Of a DNA stretch of 64,000 nucleotides, positions 51,195 through 60,842 are shown in pieces. Each line of letters opens with the position of its first letter. Within the stretch, counting starts at the first letter, position 1. Below the pieces are notes generated by a model. It did no database searches and was not told where the DNA came from. It was given only the letters and a program-made list of their open reading frames with translations. A program made the translations under genes and the position numbers. Origin of the DNA: an uncultured Prevotella sp. (GTDB lineage Bacteria > Bacteroidota > Bacteroidia > Bacteroidales > Bacteroidaceae); the NCBI GenBank assembly GCA_946402275.1, contig CAMIVY010000002.1:144724-208723 (forward strand), given 5' to 3'.

Positions 51195-53249
51195 TTATTT
51201 CTTGATGCGGTAGATACGGAACGACATGGCGGGCAGTTGGTCATTGATGACCGACTGTTTCTTGCCTGTCTCGACTGCTACACTACCCTTCTTGGGTGTG
51301 ATGAGTTCAGGCTGCTGGATACTATTCTCGTCATCCAGGCCCTGATGACTCAGGGTAAGGGTCTGTGCCGTTTCTGTAGCAGCCATATCTTTCAGGTTCA
51401 GCGTGATGGGCTGCTCGCTCTTCGATGTATTAACCACCTTGACAATAACCTCATTGGCATTCTTGTCAAAGGCGGCTGAAGCGAAGAGTCCGTTTTGACC
51501 TTCCTGGTTAGCAACAGGCTGGGGCTTGCCCTTCTTCGTCTTAGCCGGTGTAGTCAGTGACAGCACATGGGTACCCTTGTTGGTGGCATACATCTGCTGA
51601 ACATAGTAGCTCACGGTCTTGAACATCTGTGTCTGGTCGTACCAAATCTGGTCGGGACGCCACTGCCATCCATCGACATGGGCGAAGAGAGGAGCGGGAG
51701 TCGTCATGTGAACAATGTCGGCATTGCGCTCAAAGCCCGTCATGTGACCAGCCTCCAAGATAGCGGCCTCGTAGTGGTTCCACTTCTTGCCCTTTCCATG
51801 ACAAGCATACTCGCCGGCAAACACCTTCGGACCCTTGCGGTCGTAAGAGTCGTAGCGCAGACCATGACTCAGAAACCATGCCTCGTCACGATAATAGTGC
51901 TCGTCGTAGAGATCCACCTTCAATTCTTTCATGCGGGGCTGTAGCAGGTCGAAGTCCCATCCCTCAGAATTTGGACCAGTGGTACCAATCAGCTTCAGCG
52001 TCGGGTATTTGGCACGCAGGGCATCGCTGAACTTCTTCAGTCGCTCAGTAAATACTGGACCAAAACCGCCATGAGCCTCGTCGTAGTCCCACTGCTCGTT
52101 ACCGACACCCAGGAACTTCAGGTTAAAAGGAGCAGGGTGTCCCATATCGGCACGTACCTTACCCCACTTCGTAGTTACATCACCATTGGCAAACTCCACG
52201 AGGTCGAGAGCATCCTGAATATAAGAATCCAGGTCATCAATGGCAACATGTACGCCAGGCTTGGTTGGGTCAGGGTTCTGGAACTGACAGCTCAGTCCAC
52301 ACGAGATAACGGGCAATGGCTCGGCACCGATGTCCTCAGCCAACTGGAAGAACTCAAAGAAGCCCAGTCCATACGACTGATAGTAGTCTGGATAGTAACG
52401 GAAGTCAAAGGTATGTTCCCAGCGGTTCTGATTCAGCGGACGGTTTTCTACGGGACCTACCGAGTTTTTCCACTGATAACGAGTTGCCAGGTCGGTACCC
52501 TCCACGATACATCCACCAGGGAAGCGGAAAATGCCCGGATGCAGGTCTTCCAAAGCCTGTGCCAGGTCGCGACGCATACCATTCTCACGGTTCTTATAGG
52601 TATTGACAGGGAACAAAGACACATGTTCCAGACATACTTTGTTAGCACTGTTCAGGAAGATGCGCAGTTTGGCATGCTTCAGTGTTTTCGTAGCGGTCAG
52701 CGTAACAGTGTATTTCTTCCATTCCTTGGAGGTGATATCCAGTTTCTGCTCGGCAAACTCCTGCTGCTCATCCATTGAATTCTCCTGAATCAGCTGGATG
52801 CGAATGGCAGAATTACCCTTGGGAGCCTTCGCCCATACTGAGAAGCGGTAGTTCTCACCCTTCTTCACACCAATGCCGAAGTAACCTTCGTTCACCAGAC
52901 CAGTGCGACGGTCACGATGGCCAGGGTCGCTCAGTTCCACATAGTGCGGGCAACGCTCAAAGGGGCCATCATCTTCCACATCGACACGGCCAAAAGCCTG
53001 CCAGCCCATCAAGTGCTGAGGGAACTCAAAGGAGCGGTTCTTTACCAGTTCACCATACAATCCGCCGTCAGCAGCATAGTTGATGTCCTCGAAAAAGATA
53101 CCATACATGGTCGATTGGATGGGAGCACCCAACTTCTTGGCACTTACATCCATCGTCATTTGTGCCATAACGACAAGGGATGTACCCATGACGACAGCCA
53201 ATGATAATAATCTTTTCTTCATTTTCTTAGGTTTTATAAAGTTATACAA
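51195..53249 (-). CDS. GH51 alpha-L-arabinofuranosidase
   Basis: YGIFFEDINYAADGGLYGELVKNRSFE, FRFPGGCIVEG, GVGNEQW, DEHYY, AGEYA; start may be 53222. Confidence 0.92.
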   Translation of the reverse strand: MYNFIKPKKMKKRLLSLAVVMGTSLVVMAQMTMDVSAKKLGAPIQSTMYGIFFEDINYAADGGLYGELVKNRSFEFPQHLMGWQAFGRVDVEDDGPFERCPHYVELSDPGHRDRRTGLVNEGYFGIGVKKGENYRFSVWAKAPKGNSAIRIQLIQENSMDEQQEFAEQKLDITSKEWKKYTVTLTATKTLKHAKLRIFLNSANKVCLEHVSLFPVNTYKNRENGMRRDLAQALEDLHPGIFRFPGGCIVEGTDLATRYQWKNSVGPVENRPLNQNRWEHTFDFRYYPDYYQSYGLGFFEFFQLAEDIGAEPLPVISCGLSCQFQNPDPTKPGVHVAIDDLDSYIQDALDLVEFANGDVTTKWGKVRADMGHPAPFNLKFLGVGNEQWDYDEAHGGFGPVFTERLKKFSDALRAKYPTLKLIGTTGPNSEGWDFDLLQPRMKELKVDLYDEHYYRDEAWFLSHGLRYDSYDRKGPKVFAGEYACHGKGKKWNHYEAAILEAGHMTGFERNADIVHMTTPAPLFAHVDGWQWRPDQIWYDQTQMFKTVSYYVQQMYATNKGTHVLSLTTPAKTKKGKPQPVANQEGQNGLFASAAFDKNANEVIVKVVNTSKSEQPITLNLKDMAATETAQTLTLSHQGLDDENSIQQPELITPKKGSVAVETGKKQSVINDQLPAMSFRIYRIKK

Positions 53250-53258
53250 ATAATCATA

Positions 53259-55391
53259 TTATTCTTCCCAACGAAAAACAGCCCCATTGCGACGGGCTGG
53301 ATCTGCCCCTGCGAAGTCCATAGAATAAGGACTGCCCGTAGTAGGACTCTTGCCGACATATCGGTGGGTACGCATCGACATGAGCATAAACTCACGGTCG
53401 AGATAGTCCTGCCACATAAACACTTCTGCTTTCGAGGCATCAGTGGTCAAACGGACATCACCGGCAAGACCGTAGCCAGCACAGAAAACGTAGCGACCAT
53501 CCTCGCACTGGAGGATAACCTGTCCCTGCCCCTTGTCAATGATGCGAAAACGGGTTAGCTTGGAATTGTCCGTGGCATAGGTGTCGTGTAGCAAACCATG
53601 CTCCAGAGCAATAGCAGGACGACCTGTGGCAAGATTGATGATACGGAAACTCTTGCCGTAAGGAATATTACCCGAACGGTCAGCCTTGGGCTCTACGACA
53701 GTGAAATTGTCAAACTCTGCATAGCCACCCTGCTTGCCCTTGTGATTGAAAGCAAAGAGGGCGTGGCGCGAGCCTTGGAAGGTGATGAGCTGATAACTTA
53801 AAGGCATCTCACGGCCTATCTGACGATAGTCCTCGCCATTGAGCGAGTATTCATAGTGTGCCTGGTCATGGTCATAGTCACCTACCATGCGCAACCATAC
53901 TTTTTTGATGATCCCGTCTGTTGCGGCGATACCTAAGGTCACAGTATCGTTGACAGCTTGTTCGAAACAGCGTAGATGCAGGCGAGAGTCATCCTTGGTG
54001 ACACCAATCCACGAGCAGGGCACATTGATGTTACCCAGTCCGGCAACGTCGCCATCTTTCATACCTTGAACATAGAGTTCGACGGTAGCAACGCTGGTAG
54101 GACCAATGACGCGCTGCGTCAACGTGTTGCGAGCCCACATCAGCTGTTCTGCAGGCATCGATTGCAGGCGCAGACGTCCTTTCTTCAGGCTCCATTTGCT
54201 GTCATCGGGATTGTGGTTCCACTGCCATACACGGCCCAGCATCTTGCCGTTGAAGTTCTCAGAGCGCTGATAGGGAGCGAAGGGTGTTGCTTGCTGCTGT
54301 GGCGCAGCAACAGACTGGATATTTGGCTTGAGCCATGTACGTGGAGCTCGCCCCAGATTACCCTCCAGTCCCAACATGGGCCAGCCGTCTTTCCACGTAA
54401 TCGGTGCCAGTGTCACCGTACGACCTATCGAGTGGAAGTCCATCATCAGCAAGGCCCACCACTGACCGCTCTGGTCTTCGACAATGCCTCCCTGATGAAT
54501 ATTGGTACAAGCGGTAGCATCCTTGTCAACTGCAGGAATACCAAACTGTGTTCCATCTTCACCAATGCGGTACTTCACATCACGAGGCACCTGTGTCAGT
54601 GAAGCAGCATGGTAACCGAACGTCTCGTCGGCTGTGATGGTAATCGTCTCGTAAGGTCCCCAGATACTCTTGGAACGCGAACAGAGGGTTCGTCCATTAG
54701 GTTTATAATCAGTAGAGATAAGGTAGTACATCCCATTAATTTTATACATGTGGTGTCCCTCCCCCACTGCATTACCCTCAGGAATGATGACACGCTCTGT
54801 TTCCTCTTTCGGTCCGCTCATGTCAGGTTTCAGTTCTGTGCACTTCACCTCTCCATAGCCATGAATGGCATATATCTTTCCATCGTCGTCGAAGAGCACA
54901 GAAAGGTCGTAGATACGACCCTGCATGTTATGATGCTTCCATGGTCCTCGGATATCCTTGGAGGTATAACATTGTAGCCCTTTACCGTTGATATTTGTAA
55001 AGACATAAAACTGGCCGTTGGCATAACGGATGGCGGGTGCCCACACACCCTGTCCATAAATCTCTTGATGGTTCTTCAGCGAGAAGGCATCGTCATCAAA
55101 ATCAAAACGGTCAAAGCAGTAGCTGATGTTTTCCCAGTTGACCAGATCCCTGGAGTGCAGAATGACCAATCCCGGCACGCTGTGCATGGTGGTGCCGGCC
55201 AGATAGTAGTCATCGCCCACCCGGAGGATGTCAGGGTCCGAGAACTCGTCATAGAACAACGGATTCGTAAAGGTTCCATTTCCATTATCAGCAGTCCAAG
55301 ACGTCTGAGCACTTGCTGTACTCAAATGAGGAATGAGCAATGAGAAATGAGAAATGAAAATGAGAAATGTGGAAATGATTAAACGTCTCAT
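53259..55391 (-). CDS. GH43 xylosidase/arabinofuranosidase with C-terminal beta-sandwich and fascin-like module
   Basis: DPDILRVGDDYY, S.DLVNW, WAPAIRY, LFDDDG, EG.H.YK, HQGG, WQWNHNP; likely start ATG 55391. Confidence 0.88.
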   Translation of the reverse strand: MRRLIISTFLIFISHFSLLIPHLSTASAQTSWTADNGNGTFTNPLFYDEFSDPDILRVGDDYYLAGTTMHSVPGLVILHSRDLVNWENISYCFDRFDFDDDAFSLKNHQEIYGQGVWAPAIRYANGQFYVFTNINGKGLQCYTSKDIRGPWKHHNMQGRIYDLSVLFDDDGKIYAIHGYGEVKCTELKPDMSGPKEETERVIIPEGNAVGEGHHMYKINGMYYLISTDYKPNGRTLCSRSKSIWGPYETITITADETFGYHAASLTQVPRDVKYRIGEDGTQFGIPAVDKDATACTNIHQGGIVEDQSGQWWALLMMDFHSIGRTVTLAPITWKDGWPMLGLEGNLGRAPRTWLKPNIQSVAAPQQQATPFAPYQRSENFNGKMLGRVWQWNHNPDDSKWSLKKGRLRLQSMPAEQLMWARNTLTQRVIGPTSVATVELYVQGMKDGDVAGLGNINVPCSWIGVTKDDSRLHLRCFEQAVNDTVTLGIAATDGIIKKVWLRMVGDYDHDQAHYEYSLNGEDYRQIGREMPLSYQLITFQGSRHALFAFNHKGKQGGYAEFDNFTVVEPKADRSGNIPYGKSFRIINLATGRPAIALEHGLLHDTYATDNSKLTRFRIIDKGQGQVILQCEDGRYVFCAGYGLAGDVRLTTDASKAEVFMWQDYLDREFMLMSMRTHRYVGKSPTTGSPYSMDFAGADPARRNGAVFRWEE
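55325..55380. repeat. AATGAGA heptamer repeat (about 8 units) in GH43 signal peptide
   Basis: aatgagg aatgagc aatgaga aatgaga aatgaa aatgaga aatgtgga aatgatt; encodes IISTFLIFISHFSLLIPHL. Confidence 0.85.
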
Positions 55392-55396
55392 AACTA

Positions 55397-56416
55397 TCAA
55401 CTTTCAACTAACACTGGCCATCCGTCAGCCGTCCATTGTATCTTGCGCTGTACCAATATCGCAGCACCTTTATGCTCCACGCTATAACCATGACTGATAT
55501 AGATGTCCTCACCATTCATGTTGTAAGCAGCACAGTGACCGATGGCTTCAAAAACCTTTTTATCGCCCTCTATCACCGGTGTGCCACCACCTTCGCGCAT
55601 GTCCTCACCGTTGCGGTCAACATAGGGTCCATCCACCGTCTTGCTACGCCCCACTACTACGCGATAGGTACTCTTGCTGCCCATACAGCAGTAATCCCAT
55701 GATACAAACAAATAATAATACCCCCCATGCTTCATGATAAACGGAGCCTCAACAGCATTCGTACCCGCATACTTGCTGGTGGGATTAGCCATGCGGTTAT
55801 TATTTTTGGGAGAATAACGACGCGCTATTGTACGAGGTGTTTCTCCTTTGGCAATATGCATTGTCGTGTCCAGTTTAGCCAATTGTATGCCATCCCAGAA
55901 CGAGCCCCACACGAGCCAAGGTTCATCGTTCTCGTCAATCACGAGATTGGGGTCAATGGCATTCCAATTGTCTCGTTTGGCTTTTGAAGTTACGATACAG
56001 CCCTCATCTTTCCATATAGGGAACGCGAGTGAAGGCTTACTGAGCAGACCGATAGCCGATCCGTTCTTACCAAAGGTCGAGCAACTGTAGGCAAGCCACC
56101 AGCGCCCATGCCATTTGATGACATCAGGAGCCCACACATGATGAGTAAAACCGGGAACGGAATCGCGAGTCCACTCCGGTATTACCGTCATTACCGGTTC
56201 AGGCAATACCGTCCATGTCTTCAGGTCCTTGGATGTCATCTGCTGGATGCCCATACCTGTACTATATATATAATAGGTACTGTCCTCCCAAGCCATTACG
56301 GGGTCGTGCACCATCGGGGCCTGTGTCTTGAAAGCAGCAAACGGACGCCGCTGTCTCTGTGCCGTCAACACGACACAGAGACTCACCAGCGTCAAACATA
56401 CAATTAACCGTTTCAT
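55397..56416 (-). CDS. GH43 arabinan 1,5-alpha-L-arabinanase
   Basis: VHDP, WAPD, YS.STFGKNGSAIG, NAIDP, WGSFWDGI, VEAP, YYYLFVSWD.CC, GHC. Confidence 0.9.
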   Translation of the reverse strand: MKRLIVCLTLVSLCVVLTAQRQRRPFAAFKTQAPMVHDPVMAWEDSTYYIYSTGMGIQQMTSKDLKTWTVLPEPVMTVIPEWTRDSVPGFTHHVWAPDVIKWHGRWWLAYSCSTFGKNGSAIGLLSKPSLAFPIWKDEGCIVTSKAKRDNWNAIDPNLVIDENDEPWLVWGSFWDGIQLAKLDTTMHIAKGETPRTIARRYSPKNNNRMANPTSKYAGTNAVEAPFIMKHGGYYYLFVSWDYCCMGSKSTYRVVVGRSKTVDGPYVDRNGEDMREGGGTPVIEGDKKVFEAIGHCAAYNMNGEDIYISHGYSVEHKGAAILVQRKIQWTADGWPVLVES

Positions 56417-58860
56417 GGTCTTGATGTTATCCTGAATATATTTAGTGAATAAGCAGGTAATTCCACTTCTATGCGATTCTCTTTGGGAGAGAGTTCGTGA
56501 TTGGTGGGATAGATGAGTGTAGGCTGCTGGAGCGTATTTTCGTCCATGCCATCATTAGCACAAAGGCGCACCAGACGGGCACCCTTCACGGCAAAATTGC
56601 TGACATCCAGACGAGCCGTTGTAGCCGCTGCCTGGGTGTTGACCACCTTGACAATAAGTTCGCCAGCAGGCTCATCGATAGTAGCACTGGAGAACACACC
56701 AGGCAGGACATCGCCCTTCAACACCGTGTCGAACACCAAGTCCTTATCAAGCCAGCACTTCAGGGTGTCACCAGCCATCTGCAACGTCACGTCATACCAG
56801 CGGCCAGCCTCAATCTTGCCGGGCTTAGTCTCTATCTGGCTTTTGCCACCGCCACTGATTCGTTCAATGCCATGCTGCGTATTGCCCCAACCGCCGAAGT
56901 TAATCCAACAGTAATGATCGGCATCAGTGTAGTTGAACACTACCATGAACCCTTCGTCACCACTATCTTTGCGAGCACGGAACTTAGCCGTATAGTGGTC
57001 GCCCACCTTGGCTTTGCACATTGCCACACAGTGCTCCTTGGTGCTGGTCTGCGACACATGACCTTCAGGAGCCAGACTCCAGTCGCCGCTGATAAATTCT
57101 GGCTGACCGGATTTGGGCAGTGGACTGGGATGTGTAAACGACGCCTTAGTGCCCCAGGTTGCAAAACCGATGCGGCTCTCCTTCGGTGTCACCTGAGTCT
57201 TTGGTTGCACCCTATACGGATTGTGCTGCTCAACCTTCACCACCTGCGTTCCCAGATGCTGTGGCATCAGCTGCTGCACGTAGTACGACGGTGTGCCCAT
57301 GACACGGTTGCTGTTAAAGCGGATCATATCTGGACGCCACTTGGCATCGTTCTCGTTGACAAAGATGGGAGCATAAGAGTTCATGGGCACCATGTCCGAA
57401 TTGTTCTCCATACCCATCATATAGACAGCCTCACCTAGTGCAGCGTTCATATTACCTAAGTTGCCAAAGCCCGAGGTGACGGCATATTCGCCGACATAAA
57501 TCTTCGGACCACGGCGGTCGTAGGCATCATACTTGCGGAAAGCCTCGGCAAACCACGCCGGATTACGGTAGTAGTGCTCGTCCAACAGGTCGACAGGCAA
57601 CTGGCTCTCCCACTTGGGATTGTCGTCACCCCACGCCACCACGTTACCAATGAGGTTCATCTTGGGGTACTTCTCCAAGATAGCCTTGCGGAACAAATCA
57701 TAGCGGTCATAGTAGTGGTCGCTCTGCTGTTCGGGATTGGGTTGGTTGTTCTCGTTGCCTATTTCCAGATACTCAATATTGAAAGGTGCCGGGTGTCCGT
57801 TCTTGGCACGCAGGGCACCATACTTCGTCTTGACGTCACCATTGGCATACTCCAAGGCTGCCAGACACTCGTCAATCCACGGCTGGATGCTGTCCAACGG
57901 TGTCAGTCCACCGTGCCACAAACCTACATTTACCACATAGAGCGGCTTGGCCCCCAAGTCCTCTGCCATCTGCAGATATTCATGGAAACCGATGCCGTCG
58001 GTAGTGCGATAGCCCCAGTTGACATTCCAGTGTCCTGGACGCTCTTCAATGGGACCAATGGTACGCTCCCAACGGAACGCATTGTCTGGCGACACCTGTC
58101 CTTCGACAAAGCATCCACCAGGGAAACGCATGAACTTCGGATGCATCTCGTAGAGCATCTGTGCCAAGTCTGGACGCAGTCCATTCTCGCGGTTCTTAAA
58201 GGTCGGCGGGAACAACGACACGACATCCAAGTCTATCACCCCCTTGCCGTCCAACACCAAGGCAAACTGCGCTTTCGGGTCATTAGCCGTAGCCTGCAGC
58301 GTAGCCGTGTACTTGCGCCACTGCTTGTCAACAGCGAAACCTTCAATAGTCGTTTCGGCATATAACTTCAATCCGTCCTTACTGCACAAAGTAGCCTTGA
58401 TGCCACCCTTGTAGGAGCCTTTGGCCCAGAAACTCAACCGATAGGTACGGCCCTGTACGGCATTGATACCCCAGTAGCCCTCGTTGACCAGACAGACAGG
58501 CTTTTGCGGTGTCGCTGCCACCGACAACTCCAAGGCGTGGCCCTGTGCATCGTTCAACAGTTTTACCTTTTTGCCGGCCTTGATGAGTGTAGCCTTCAGT
58601 TGCGACGGAGCCTCCGCATAGACAGACCATGCCTCCATGGTGGCAGGCTTGCCATATCCCTCGCCGTCCTCAAAGGAACGGTTGCGAATCAGTTCGGCAT
58701 AGATACCGCCGTCGGCAGCGTGGTTGATATCCTCAAAGAAGATGCCATAATGTGTCGGGCTGATTTTAGGTCCACGCTGACCGGCATCAACACGGATTGT
58801 AATCTGTGCACTGGCGTTCATCACCGCCAGTGCACAGACAAAAGCCTGTAATCGCTTCAT
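56413..58860 (-). CDS. GH51 alpha-L-arabinofuranosidase (long form with inserted beta-sandwich)
   Basis: YGIFFEDINHAADGG, MRFPGGCFVEG, EIGNEN, DEHYY, VGEYA, SYAP, WRPD. Confidence 0.92.
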   Translation of the reverse strand: MKRLQAFVCALAVMNASAQITIRVDAGQRGPKISPTHYGIFFEDINHAADGGIYAELIRNRSFEDGEGYGKPATMEAWSVYAEAPSQLKATLIKAGKKVKLLNDAQGHALELSVAATPQKPVCLVNEGYWGINAVQGRTYRLSFWAKGSYKGGIKATLCSKDGLKLYAETTIEGFAVDKQWRKYTATLQATANDPKAQFALVLDGKGVIDLDVVSLFPPTFKNRENGLRPDLAQMLYEMHPKFMRFPGGCFVEGQVSPDNAFRWERTIGPIEERPGHWNVNWGYRTTDGIGFHEYLQMAEDLGAKPLYVVNVGLWHGGLTPLDSIQPWIDECLAALEYANGDVKTKYGALRAKNGHPAPFNIEYLEIGNENNQPNPEQQSDHYYDRYDLFRKAILEKYPKMNLIGNVVAWGDDNPKWESQLPVDLLDEHYYRNPAWFAEAFRKYDAYDRRGPKIYVGEYAVTSGFGNLGNMNAALGEAVYMMGMENNSDMVPMNSYAPIFVNENDAKWRPDMIRFNSNRVMGTPSYYVQQLMPQHLGTQVVKVEQHNPYRVQPKTQVTPKESRIGFATWGTKASFTHPSPLPKSGQPEFISGDWSLAPEGHVSQTSTKEHCVAMCKAKVGDHYTAKFRARKDSGDEGFMVVFNYTDADHYCWINFGGWGNTQHGIERISGGGKSQIETKPGKIEAGRWYDVTLQMAGDTLKCWLDKDLVFDTVLKGDVLPGVFSSATIDEPAGELIVKVVNTQAAATTARLDVSNFAVKGARLVRLCANDGMDENTLQQPTLIYPTNHELSPKENRIEVELPAYSLNIFRITSRP

Positions 58861-58872
58861 AGCTAACAGTTG

Positions 58873-60822
58873 TTATTCTCCTACCTTATATCCCCAGATG
58901 GTAACACCAGTCTGACTATCCAAAGCCGTAAAGCTTGGTGCCTTCGTATCTGTTGGCTCCAGGGTCTGAGGTACCATTACACCCTTATAGTCCGAACCCA
59001 GATTAATGGTGATATACGATGTACCGGCGTTTATCTTCCAAGTACCTTTGGCATCACCTGTGATGGTGCCATCGGCATTCAGCTTGATGTCAACAGGAAC
59101 GGCATATTCCATCTTAGTCTGATCCAGTCCATAGCGGTGAGCCAGCAGTTTATAGTTGCCGGGGATGTCAGCCGTAGCCACCTTCTGAGCAGCAGCGATA
59201 CCAGCGCTCTTGACGCCCTCGCCAGTGTACTCAAACGGAGCAGCTACCAACCAGCCTTCCTCGTTCTGATAGACCTGGTGAACACGTACCTGATGACCCT
59301 CACCCCAATTCTGGAAACGAGTATGGTAAACCAGATAGGTGCGTCCGTCCGGAGCAGCAATGATACTGTTGTGACCCTGAGCACGCTCGCCGGAAGCAGC
59401 CTCAGCACCACCCGTCAGCAGATTGCCCCACATAGAGTATGCACCGAAGATATTCACACCACGGTTACCATCATTTTCCGTAGGACCGAAGTTCAGTTGA
59501 TAAGTATCATAGACTGCGGAACTACCCTTGCTGTCAACGTATGGTCCATCAGGATTCAGTGAACGGAACACACGCATCTGGTAGCCACCAGCAGCTTCCA
59601 AACCGCCATAGGTCATAAACAAGAAGTAGTAACCACCAATATACTCTATATAAGAAGCCTCACCCGACACATAATGCCCACCTGCTATTTTCTTACCAAA
59701 ATATGGATCGGAGGTCTCACTCTCTGCATAAGTGACATCATAGTCACGCAGACCAGTCTCCTCATCGAGTTCCAGCATAAAGATACCACCGCTCCATGAA
59801 CCATATGACATCCATAGTTTACCAGCCTCGTCATAGAATACACAGGGATCGATAGCATTAGGCCAGTGATTACCATAGTTATCACTTGGAGCATAGCGAC
59901 TAGGCAGTGAAGCCTGCTCACCCAGAACAATCTCCAAATCGGTAGATTTATAAGAATCACCATCTCTAAATCCGCTCATAACGATAGGAGACTGATAACG
60001 ATAAGGACCTGTAATATTGTCAGCAGTCAGCATGATGATGCTAGAATACCATCCGTCACCATTGATGCTAAGATACATACACCACTTACCCATTTTCTTG
60101 TTATAGATGACATCAGGAGCCCACATGTTACCATTGACATCGTATGAAGCACTACCGCGTTGAGACCAAGCAAGAGCGTTGAAGTTCAGGTTGTACTCTA
60201 CTCCACCCTTCTTTACCTTAGTAACCTGAGGAGTAGTAAACGCATCAACATTATCAGCATTCGTGCTGGTTGCGGTAGCCCAAGGAGCTGTAAATGCCTC
60301 CCAAGACATCATATTGTTACACTTAGCGGCAGCTCGGTGCGAACCGAAGATATAATAGGTGCTAGTTGTTGGATCCCAAACTACACTTGGATCATGAACA
60401 CTGACACGCTTCAATGCTGATGGCCCCTCTGTCTGAGGATCGTCTTCAGTAGATTCTGAAGATGAAGTTGTAAAAGATACTTCATCAGAATAAACTACGT
60501 CATAACTTGTCTGAACAAAACCACGAACGTAGTAGGTAGTGCTCTTTGCAAGACCGCCAATGGTCAGAACCATGTCCTTACTGGTAGAATATACTTTATC
60601 ATCACTAATAGTAGGATTAGGTGAAGTTGAGTAACATACACCACGATGAATGATGTGCGAACCAGTAGCCGTCAAAGTCACAATAGCAGAGCTACCGGAA
60701 ACAGAAGACACAGTGGGGGCAGTAACCGTCAGAGGAAGGTTTACCTCGTTGATGTCGTCCTTACAGGCTATTGCCATCATTACGATGGCAAACAGCGCTA
60801 ATAGTTTAGAGATATATTTCAT
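58873..60822 (-). CDS. Surface lipoprotein GH43 endo-arabinanase with N-terminal FN3-like domain
   Basis: Lipobox AIAC + KDD; RGVCYST..NPT and TTYYVR (FN3-like); VHDPS, WAPD, NAIDP, YGSWSGGI, GEA, GHNS. Confidence 0.87.
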   Translation of the reverse strand: MKYISKLLALFAIVMMAIACKDDINEVNLPLTVTAPTVSSVSGSSAIVTLTATGSHIIHRGVCYSTSPNPTISDDKVYSTSKDMVLTIGGLAKSTTYYVRGFVQTSYDVVYSDEVSFTTSSSESTEDDPQTEGPSALKRVSVHDPSVVWDPTTSTYYIFGSHRAAAKCNNMMSWEAFTAPWATATSTNADNVDAFTTPQVTKVKKGGVEYNLNFNALAWSQRGSASYDVNGNMWAPDVIYNKKMGKWCMYLSINGDGWYSSIIMLTADNITGPYRYQSPIVMSGFRDGDSYKSTDLEIVLGEQASLPSRYAPSDNYGNHWPNAIDPCVFYDEAGKLWMSYGSWSGGIFMLELDEETGLRDYDVTYAESETSDPYFGKKIAGGHYVSGEASYIEYIGGYYFLFMTYGGLEAAGGYQMRVFRSLNPDGPYVDSKGSSAVYDTYQLNFGPTENDGNRGVNIFGAYSMWGNLLTGGAEAASGERAQGHNSIIAAPDGRTYLVYHTRFQNWGEGHQVRVHQVYQNEEGWLVAAPFEYTGEGVKSAGIAAAQKVATADIPGNYKLLAHRYGLDQTKMEYAVPVDIKLNADGTITGDAKGTWKINAGTSYITINLGSDYKGVMVPQTLEPTDTKAPSFTALDSQTGVTIWGYKVGE

Positions 60823-60842
60823 AATACAATTCTTTTAAATGA

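Noticed and set aside
56069-56081. 13-bp match ACCAAAGGTCGAG to the element end in the GH43 arabinanase
   Set aside because: Encodes the conserved STFG motif; the rest of the element is absent.
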